A DNA stretch of 64,000 nt, taken from contig CAWHTE010000001.1 in the NCBI GenBank assembly GCA_963832165.1, positions 288,001 through 352,000 of the forward strand. The letters are read 5' to 3'. Under the pieces are notes generated by a model. It saw only the letters and a program-made list of their open reading frames with translations. It did no database searches and was not told the origin of the DNA. Shown piece by piece: positions 19,969-28,300 of this stretch. The first letter of the stretch is position 1. Each line of letters opens with the position of its first letter. Source of the DNA: an uncultured delta proteobacterium. GTDB lineage: Bacteria > Myxococcota_A > UBA9160 > SMWR01. The translations under genes were made by a program, and so were the position numbers.

Positions 19969-19981
19969 AATCAATAGTTTA
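19969..19981 (+). promoter_or_regulatory. IHF binding site
   Basis: AATCAATAGTTTA is an exact match to WATCAANNNNTTR, in an AT-rich patch between the UAS and the promoter. Confidence 0.7.
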
Positions 19982-19997
19982 GGTCTTCGTCACCGGC

Positions 19998-20013
19998 AGG
20001 CATGTCGATTGCA
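19998..20013 (+). promoter_or_regulatory. Sigma-54 (-24/-12) promoter
   Basis: AGGCATGTCGATTGCA: GG(19999-20000)-N10-GC(20011-20012), close to TGGCACG-N4-TTGCW. Confidence 0.8.
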
Positions 20014-20235
20014 GATCAAACTGCGCAACAAAGTACGAGTGGGCACCACTCACTCGTGCCGACACAGAAGAGCGGAGGATCTGAGGCAGAGCACTCGAGT
20101 AGATGATGCGGCGGTAATTCCCGAGGGGGAGCCGAGTCGGGTGCAAAACCACAGAGATCCGCAAAGGTTCCGCTAGACACTTTCCCCCGATTCTGGCCTA
20201 ATGCCGAATACGTGTAACACCGAGGAGTAACCAGA

Positions 20236-20682
20236 ATGAAGGTCGGCGTACTGGCAACGATGGTTTTGGCAATTTCGATCGGATACCCGGTCGCGTCCTT
20301 TGCTGGGCTCGCTCCCGACGCGGACAGCGACGGTATTCCGGACGTTCTCGACAAGTGCACGATCGACTCGCGCAATGCGACCGCCGTTCCGGGCGGGACG
20401 TGCGATACGGACGTGGACGGTTACGGCAATCCGTGCGATGGAGACTTCAACCAGAACAACCTGGTCCAGGCGGATGACTTCAGCATGTTCTTCATCCCCG
20501 CGTTCAAGGGTGTAGACAAGGCACCCTGGCCCGAGGGCATGGACATGAATTGTAACAACCTGATGCAGGCGGATGACTTCAGCATGTACTTCATCCCGAA
20601 GTTCAAGAACGTTCCCGCGTTCGGCGGCGCCAAGCCGGGTCCGTCCGGTCTGTCCTGCGCCGGCACGCCGGGCTGCAGCTAG
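20236..20682 (+). CDS. Secreted thrombospondin-3-repeat + dockerin-like protein (no cargo domain)
   Basis: GAGGAG RBS; signal peptide; DADSDGIPDVLDKC...CDTDVDGYGNPCD; duplicated Ca-loop/helix GDFNQNNLVQADDFSMFF and MDMNCNNLMQADDFSMYF; C-terminal PGPSG-C-C tail. Confidence 0.8.
   Translation: MKVGVLATMVLAISIGYPVASFAGLAPDADSDGIPDVLDKCTIDSRNATAVPGGTCDTDVDGYGNPCDGDFNQNNLVQADDFSMFFIPAFKGVDKAPWPEGMDMNCNNLMQADDFSMYFIPKFKNVPAFGGAKPGPSGLSCAGTPGCS
20455..20597 (+). repeat. 44-nt direct repeat encoding the two dockerin halves
   Basis: 20455-20498 vs 20554-20597, 41/44 identical, 99-nt period. Confidence 0.95.
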
Positions 20683-20798
20683 GAAGAGTTTCTCGGAGTT
20701 TTTGATCTGAGTTTTTGTTTGACCCAACCAATCGGAATGCACCGTCGGGCCTGACTCGGCAGGCTGCAAATAGCAGAAGGACAAGAGGAGATAGGATC

Positions 20799-21323
20799 AT
20801 GAAGCGGACTTTGTTTGTTATCGCAGTCGTGCTCGGGTTCGCGACGGCGGCGAGCGCGGCAACGCTCACCGTCGTATCGGACAAGGCGGAGTACCTCGTC
20901 GGTGAGACGATCACGCTGACGGTCAGCGGCGATCCTACGGGCGTCACGACCTACGGCATCCTTGGGGAGCTCACCTACGCAGCGGGTCTGACCAACTTCG
21001 CGAGCCAGACCCAGAGGACGGACGCGCAGTACGGCGCGGGTTGGTTTGGCGGAGCGCTGACCAATGGCGACGGCGCCGCGGTTGCGTTCAATGCGGGCGC
21101 CTTCCCGGCGTCGACGACGAGCGCGGGCACGTTCTCGACGATCACGTTGCTCGCCGAGGCGGTCGGTATCGTAAACGTGGGCTGGGCCTCGAACCTGGAC
21201 TTCTTCGGCCTCACCACGGCTCCCGGCACCTCGTTCTCGATCGTGGTTCCGGAGCCGACGACCGCGGCCCTTCTGGGCCTCGGCCTGATCGGTCTCGCGC
21301 TGGGCGGTCGACGCCGCTCGTAG
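20799..21323 (+). CDS. Cohesin-like domain protein with PEP-CTERM sorting signal
   Basis: Signal peptide MKRTLFVIAVVLGFATAASA; beta-sandwich pattern VGETITLTV...YGILGELTY...GTFSTITLLAEAVG; C-terminal VPEPTTAALLGLGLIGLALGGRRRS. The PEP-CTERM signal is clear; the cohesin call is by pattern. Confidence 0.8.
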   Translation: MKRTLFVIAVVLGFATAASAATLTVVSDKAEYLVGETITLTVSGDPTGVTTYGILGELTYAAGLTNFASQTQRTDAQYGAGWFGGALTNGDGAAVAFNAGAFPASTTSAGTFSTITLLAEAVGIVNVGWASNLDFFGLTTAPGTSFSIVVPEPTTAALLGLGLIGLALGGRRRS

Positions 21324-21367
21324 AGGCGTGACTCGCAGGTTGCCGCTCCGCGGCGACCGCTAGAAAC

Positions 21368-21407
21368 AAAAAGCGCCCCGGGTCTTCACCCGGGGCGCTT
21401 TTCTTTT
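21368..21407 (+). terminator. Strong intrinsic terminator (potentially bidirectional)
   Basis: AAAAAGCGCCCCGGG-TCTTCA-CCCGGGGCGCTTTTCTTTT. Confidence 0.92.
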
Positions 21408-21465
21408 GTGCTCGGCTCGCCGAGAGCAAGGACCCGCAGCAGGCAAGCCCCGAATCCACGCTCCC

Positions 21466-21515
21466 CGTGACGCGCCTCACGAAAAACGCGTACGGCCCGG
21501 GTGACCCCGATCACC
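21466..21515. promoter_or_regulatory. Two CRP/FNR-family-like sites
   Basis: GTGA-N6-TCAC at 21467-21480 and 21501-21514. Confidence 0.4.
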
Positions 21516-21564
21516 CGGCTCCGGCGGAGACGCACCGAAATGCCAGAAGGCTTCGGGGGGCCTT

Positions 21565-23085
21565 ATGTCGAATCGGTTGGGCGTGGCTTTCACTTTTGGG
21601 ATCCTCGGGGTGGCTCTCGCCACCTCTGCGCAGGCGGTGCAGGTCGCGGGATCCTCGGTGTCCATGGGCTGGAACCCAGCCTCTGGCCCCGTGTCGGGCT
21701 ACTACGTGATCGTGTCGCGGAACTCGGCGCCCGCCAAAGTCGAGTCCGTGACGATCGAGACCAAGAAGACGATCACGGCAGCGGTCGGAGAGACGCTCGT
21801 GGTGCAGGTCGCGGCGTTCGGCCAGGACGGCGTGGCGGGCCCGGTATCCCCGGCTTCGGAATCGATCACGTTCGTGAGCTCGACTTCGACTCCGCCTCCC
21901 CCGAGCGGCGGTGGGACCACGACTCCTCCTCCCCCGCCTCCGCCGGACCCGGCGCCGGTCGAGCCCGCACCGGCGCGCGACTTCAACGGCGACGGGACCG
22001 CCGACCTCGTCGTGCAGACCGGATCGGACGTCCGGATCTGGGCGATGCAGGGCGGCAGCGTGAGCTCGGAGATCCAGCTCCCCGCCGCTCCGACCGGCGC
22101 GCGCGTGGTCGGCAATGGCGACTACGACGCCAACGGGTCGGTAGACCTCCTCTGGGAGAATTCCTCGAACGGCGCGCTCACGCTGTGGCGGCTCGGTGGT
22201 GGGGCCGTGCTCGGCTCGAGCACGCTCGATCGCAGCAGCCTGCCTGCGGGCGAAGAGTGGCACGTGGGCGGATCCGCCGACTTCGACGGCGACGGCGCAG
22301 ACGATCTGATGCTGTTCAGCCGCATCAAGGGCGAGGTCGAGGTCTGGACGTTCGCCAACGCCGCGGTCGCCACCCGGACGCGGATCCGCGGACACGCCGG
22401 GGCCTGGAGCGTCGTGGCGGCGGACGACACGGACGGCGACGGCATGGCCGAAATCGTGTGGCTCGATGAGCTGAATCGGGCGCTCGAGCTCCGCGACCCG
22501 GGCGCTGCGGCACCGGTCGCGCTCGGCAGCGTCACCTCGGGCTGGCGCGGCCGCGGCGGCGTCGACCTCGCGGGCGATGGCACCGCCGAGCTCGTGATGC
22601 ACAACACCGCGACCGGAGCGGTGCAGGACTGGGCCATCGACGACAGTGGCGTCCTAGGTGCGGTCAACCTGCCGAGCGCGTCGGGCCTCGGACGCTTCGC
22701 GGGCCACGGCGACTTCAACGCCGATGGCCGTGAGGACATCGCGTGGAGCAATCCCTCCACTCGAGCCGTGACGCTCTGGATGTCCACTTCGGGCATGCCC
22801 ACGTCGCTCGTCGTGAACCGCGCGCTGCCCACCGGCGGCGAAGTCGTGAGTGGCGCCACCGCGTCGGATGACAGCACGTTCCGCCAGCGCTTCTGCAGTG
22901 CTGATCTCGACGGCGACGGAAGAGTGAACGCGACGGATTTCACGGCGGTCTTCAGGCCGTGTCTCAATACTCCGACCGCTGCCAGCTGCCGGGTTGCCGA
23001 CATGGACAGCGATGGCCGCGTCACGACGACGGACATGTCGATCTTCAAGCTGCGCTTCCAGGCCCGATCCTGCGAGGCGTGGTAG
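21565..23085 (+). CDS. Secreted FN3-like + Pro/Thr linker + FG-GAP/VCBS repeat propeller + C-terminal dockerin protein
   Basis: Signal peptide; SVSMGWNP...GYYV...VQVAAF; poly-Pro linker; six DxxGDGxxDL-type repeats; ADLDGDGRVNATDF...ADMDSDGRVTTTDM. Confidence 0.85.
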   Translation: MSNRLGVAFTFGILGVALATSAQAVQVAGSSVSMGWNPASGPVSGYYVIVSRNSAPAKVESVTIETKKTITAAVGETLVVQVAAFGQDGVAGPVSPASESITFVSSTSTPPPPSGGGTTTPPPPPPPDPAPVEPAPARDFNGDGTADLVVQTGSDVRIWAMQGGSVSSEIQLPAAPTGARVVGNGDYDANGSVDLLWENSSNGALTLWRLGGGAVLGSSTLDRSSLPAGEEWHVGGSADFDGDGADDLMLFSRIKGEVEVWTFANAAVATRTRIRGHAGAWSVVAADDTDGDGMAEIVWLDELNRALELRDPGAAAPVALGSVTSGWRGRGGVDLAGDGTAELVMHNTATGAVQDWAIDDSGVLGAVNLPSASGLGRFAGHGDFNADGREDIAWSNPSTRAVTLWMSTSGMPTSLVVNRALPTGGEVVSGATASDDSTFRQRFCSADLDGDGRVNATDFTAVFRPCLNTPTAASCRVADMDSDGRVTTTDMSIFKLRFQARSCEAW

Positions 23086-23112
23086 CGGGATCACGGCGGG
23101 CACCCGCCGGGT

Positions 23113-25228
23113 TCACTCGCGAATCGGCTGACCCGCCGCGATCTTCCCCGCGTGCGCGCGCAACAGCGAGAGCGCCACGTCGGGCATGTTCTGCTGCTCG
23201 GCCATGGTGAGCGCTCGCGAGATCGTCGAACGCGCGTCGTCGCGGCGGCCGGCCGCGGCTTGAGCGACCGCGAGCGTGTCGAGCGCGAGCGGGTTGTCGC
23301 CGAGTGATCCGATCATCGACTCGGCGAGCTCGAGCGCTCGCTTGCCGTCGCGAAGCGGAGCGGCGGGCACCGTCGCGAGCTGGTAGGCGAGGTCGTTCAT
23401 GAGCGCCGGCGGGGAACTGCACTTCTCGATGCCCTGCTCGAGCACTTCGATCTGCTTCGCGCGCGCCCCCGTGCGCGAGTAGACGTTGGCGAGATGCGTG
23501 CGGCTGGTGAGGTCGCAGGGCCAGCGGCGCAGCGTCTCGGTCAGGGTCGTTGCCGCCTCGCGGTCCCGGCCCAGGCGCGTCAAGAGCTCGCCGAGATTGC
23601 TCCAGTACTGCTCGCGATCCGGATCGATCGCGATGCCGCGCTTCAGGCTCGTGACAGCCCCCTCCGCGAGGCCTGCGCCGAGCTGGACGTTGATCAGCAT
23701 CTGGAGGATGCCAGAGCTGTTCGGGAACTCCCGTGAGAGCTTCTCGACCAGCGTGGCGGTCTGCTGCGCATCGACGAACTGAGTGACTCCGAGCGCGTCG
23801 ACGAAAGGCTCGACCTTCGCCGCGATCAGCGTCGGGTCGGGTCCGTGCACTGCGATCGCGTCGAGCGATGGATCGTTGCCCGAGGGCGATCCTGCCACCA
23901 GGTACCCGAGGCTCTCGAGCCGCCGCTGCGTCTCGGCATCGACTTCACCACCCGCAGCGGCCGGCGCCTCGCGGCGGCTTGCGAGCAGCTGCGCGAGCCC
24001 GTGGCGCATCTGCTCGGCCCGAGCCGGCTCGGCCCCGGCCAGGTTGTTCGCTTCGGCGGGATCGGCGACCAGGTCGTAGAGCTCTGGAACGGGCTTGTGG
24101 ATCAGCTTCCAGGAGCCCGCGCGCACGAATCGCAACGGAGATACGTCGACCAGGCGCGCCAGGCTGACGGACTCGCCGTAGACCGCGCGGCTCCGGCAGT
24201 GCGCCTCCCTCGAACGCGGGGAGCAGCGAGATCCCATCCGCGGCGGGATCGGGCTCGAGCCCGGCCCAGGCGAGGATCGTCGGCGCGATGTCGATCGTCT
24301 GCACGGGTGCCGCGACGCGCCGTGCTGGCGGCACTCGCGGCCCCGCGAACACGAGCGGCACGTGCATCGTCGACTGATAGACGAGGTAGGAGTGGCGACT
24401 CTCGCCGTGATCGCCGAGACCTTCTCCGTGGTCTGCCGTGAGCACTACCAACGTGCGCTCGTCGAGCCCGAGGCGCTCGAGCTCCGCGAGTACGCGCCCG
24501 ATGCTGTCGTCGGTGAACGCGACCTCACCCGCATAGCGATCGTTGGAGAAGCGCGACTCGAACGGGACCGGCGCCGCATAGGGAAAGTGCGGGTCGTAGT
24601 AGTGGAGCCAGAGGAAGAACGGACCCGCGCGGTGCTCGCGCAGGAAGGCGATCCCGTTGCTCGAGATCTCTGCCGCGCCGCGGGAATCGAGGTTGACGGT
24701 CCTCGCCTGGGGCTCGCGCGCGACGAGGGCGCTCGGGTCGTGCAGCAATCCGTCCGCGGCGACGGCGATCTGCTTCGGCTGGACGCCGGACGAATCGAGA
24801 TCGCGAAACTGCCCGAAGCCCTGGGCGATTCCCGTCGGGCGGTTCAGGACGATGGCCGCGACCTCCGCGCCCGTGGCATAGCCGGCGTCGCGCAGCCGCT
24901 CGGCGAGCGTGACGCTCTGCTCGGCGAGCTTGTCCACGCCGTTCTCGCGCACGCGATGGTGATAGGGGTGGAGGCCGGTCAGGATCGAGGCGTGCGAAGG
25001 CAGCGTGTTAGGCGATGAGGCGTGAGCCTGCTCGAACAACACACCGCTCTTGGCCAGCTGGTCGAGGTGAGGTGACGCCCCGCTCCCGCTGCCGTAGGCG
25101 CCGAGCGCATCGGCGCGCAGGGTGTCGACCGTGATCAGCAGGACGTTCTGCGCGCTCGGCTCCGCACAGGCGATCGCCATTGCAGGTGCGAGGTAGACGA
25201 GCCAGCGGAGTCGAATGGCTGCATTCAT
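23113..25228 (-). CDS. Sulfatase-like (alkaline phosphatase superfamily) lipoprotein with C-terminal TPRs; 1-nt frameshift near 24190
   Basis: NVLLITVDTLRAD, TLPSHASILTG, WLHYYDPH, ADHGE in one frame; VYGES...WKLI...ELYDL and TPRs in another. Confidence 0.85.
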
Positions 25229-25305
25229 CGAAGCAACTATTCCCGCCGCGCCGCGTAGCTTCAAGGGGCGAAGAGCGCTTGCTCGAGGCGCTGGCGTACG
25301 GCGGA

Positions 25306-28300
25306 TCAGTTCCGGTCGTTCCCCTCGATCAGTCCGATCAGGAACGGCCGGATCCGCTCGGCGGAGATCAGACTCTCCAGGGATCCCACCTCGAGCGCGC
25401 GCTGGACGCTGTGGATCGCGTCGAACTCCGCGCCCAGCTCGGTCTGCTTCTGGAGCAGCACCTGGCGATAGGCCGCGTCGTACGCGCTGCGCGTGTCGGG
25501 CTCGTCGCGCCGCTGAGCCTCGCGCCGCAGCGCGGCCAGCGCGGGATCGCGCAATGCGCGCGCCTGGGCCTCGCGCGTGAACACGACCGCCGCCGCGGGA
25601 CCGCCCCCGATCACCGAGGCGAATGATCCCTCGACCGCGGCAGCGCGCAGGTTCGGGTTGAGCTCGCGGCTGAACACGACGTACGCGCCGCCGTGGTAGC
25701 GCGACACGACCAGGAAGATCAGCGGACCGGTGAAGTTGACCACCGCGCGCGCGATCTCGGCACCGTACTCGAGCTGGAGCTTGCGCATCGACTCGGGCGA
25801 TCCGTCGAAGCCCGAAAGGTTGGCGAGAATCACGGCCGGCCTCACGCCGCTCGCCGCGTTGAGCGCGCGCGCCACCTTCTTGCTCGACAGCGGAAACAGC
25901 GTGCCGCCGGTCCACGCGGACGGCCCGTCTGCGGGGTGATCGCCGCCGCGGTCGAGGTTGCGGCTCTCGATGCCGATCAGCGTGACCGGGTGGCCGCCCA
26001 GGCACGCGTCCCAGACGATCGCGGTCTCTGCTCCTGCCCAGCTGCGCCAGCGCTCGAGGTGGCCGAGGTCCGCGTCGATCACCGAGTTCATGAGCGCGCG
26101 CATCGCGAACGAGCGCTTGCGCTCGGCATTGGCCTCGGCGTCGAAGATCTCGCCGATCCGATCGAAGTCGTGGCCATGCGCGCGCTTGGTCGTGAACTCC
26201 GTCACGGCGCGGTGGATCGGATCCTGCGTCGCGAGCGAGCGCGGCCCCGTTTCTCCGGGCACCACGTACGAATAGCGGTAGTGCTGGTACAGGATCGCGT
26301 AGGCCTCGGCGAGATTGCGCGCGAGGAACTGCGCCTCTCCATTGGGGCCCATCACGCGCTCGTAGCCGCCGATCGCGACCTCGTCTTCGCCCGACACCGA
26401 GCCCGAAGCCGCGAGCGCGGCGCGCCCCGTGAGCACCATCGACGCGCCCGGTGTCATGATCAATACGCCGCGCGTGTGCAGGAGCATCGTCGCCAGCGCG
26501 TCGAAGTAGCTCTGCGCGCCCACGTTCACGCCCTGTACGATCACGTGGATCGAGCCGCCCGCCTGCGTGAACGTGACGATCCGGCGCACCACGCGCGCGG
26601 TGGCGTCGAGGTTCTCGGTGCCGCTGTCCATGGCGATGCGCGCGCCGCTCGAGACCGGCACCCATTCGACGGGCAGCCGGTTCGCCTCGGCGAGATCGAT
26701 CGCGGCGGCGATGCGATCGCACTCGGGCGCGGCGAGCGAGCCCATACCGAGCGTCGGGTCCGAGAGGATCAGCACGCGGCGCATGCCCCCTGGAACCGAT
26801 TCGGTAGGCGTGTCGATGATTCCGAACACGATCGCGCTGGTGTTCTGTGCGGGCGGCCGGCCCGCGACGCTCACCGCGCGCGGCGGGTCCGCGTAGGTGT
26901 CGAGGTCGTACTCCTCGAAGATCCCGGCCGGCAGCGTGCGCTCGCCTGCGAGCTCCACGGCGCCCGGCGCACCCGTGAGCATGCGGACGATCTCGTAGGG
27001 GTAGACCAGGCGGCGCCGGCGCGCTTCGACCACCTTGCGCTCGTAGGTCTGGGCCGGCTCGAGCGGGGCGTGGTGGGGCGTGCGCCACGAGAGCTCGAGG
27101 CGGCTGCCGGTCGGGTCGGCGAACACGATCTCGACCGGCTGCGACGGCGCGTCGGGTCGCGCGCGATCGAGCACGTTGAGGCGCACCACGACCTTCTCGA
27201 GGCCGAGATGACGCGTCGCCGGGTACAGGCGCCGCGCGAGGGAATCGACCAGGTCGCGGTCGAGATAGACCGACGGCGTCGCGAAGAGCATCAGCCGGTT
27301 CCACTGCAGCCGCCGGCGCGGATCCCGCAGCTGGAGGTGATTGCGCAGGCAGCGCGCGGCTTCGAAGAAGTCGCGCTCGAACGCGGCGACGTGGAGGCTC
27401 GCTTCGCGCCCGTCGGATTCGTCGGGCGAGCGCCCGCGCACGTCAGCGAACACGAGCAGTCGCTCGTCGCCCGGGATCTCCGGGCTGCGCGCGTGGAAGC
27501 AGTACAGATCCTCGGGCGCCTCGAGGCGCTCGACGTCGAACTTGCGCAGCCGCGCGAGATCGATCCGCACGGCGGTCTCGGGATGGACTCCGTGCAGCGC
27601 GCGATCCTCGCGCATCGCCGAGGAGCCGTTGCCGACCGAGTGCTCGAACGTGAGATGGGCGGGGCGTCCCGCGATCGGCAGCAGCGTGAGCGTGAGGCGC
27701 TGGGTGGAGAGCGACGGTCCGAGCAGCGGGGTGATCGCCTCGGCGACGCTCGCGACCGAGTCCTCGTCGGGGATCGGCACGAGCAGCTCGATCGCGTCGA
27801 CGCGTCGACTCGGTGCGCGCACCGCCGCGGCGCTCGCGGCGCGGCCGAGCCGTTCCAGCGTCGGCGCGAGCTCGGCCGGATTCGCCACGCTGCCGAGCAC
27901 GATGCGGTCGTCCACGAGGTCGAGCCGCTCCACGTGCACCGGGCCCACGACGCCCGAAGTGTGGGCGCGCGGTCGCTGATGCGCGTACAGCCGCCGCACG
28001 TGCGCGGCGACTGCGATCGCGCGGCGGCGCGGATCCGGGTCGGAGAGCCAGCGCCCGACGCGATCGAACACCGCGCGCGGCGAGCCCGCGAGGTGCGCGA
28101 GCACCGACTCGGGTGGATGGGTGACGGCGGCCTCGGCGGCGGCGAGCCAGCTCTCCACCTCCTTGGTGGTGCGCTCGGCCTGGCTCTCGAGGCGCGGGCT
28201 CTCGAAGATCGCATAACGTGCCTCGAGCGAGAGGTCCGCGAGCGCATCGCTGACGTGCCCGCGCATTCCGGCGATCCGCTCGAGCACTTCGTCGAGGCTC

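Noticed and set aside
20101..20180. Canonical c-di-GMP-I (GEMM) riboswitch
   Set aside because: Only a partial GCAAAAC resemblance; the GNRA/receptor layout does not match. Kept as an unassigned structured leader.
20455..20597. CRISPR-like or DGR-like repeat pair
   Set aside because: Only two copies, in frame within a dockerin; no cas or reverse transcriptase gene nearby.
23945..27304. 1119-aa ORF
   Set aside because: The N-terminal part is an alternate frame of the ACC gene; the real protein starts at 25228.
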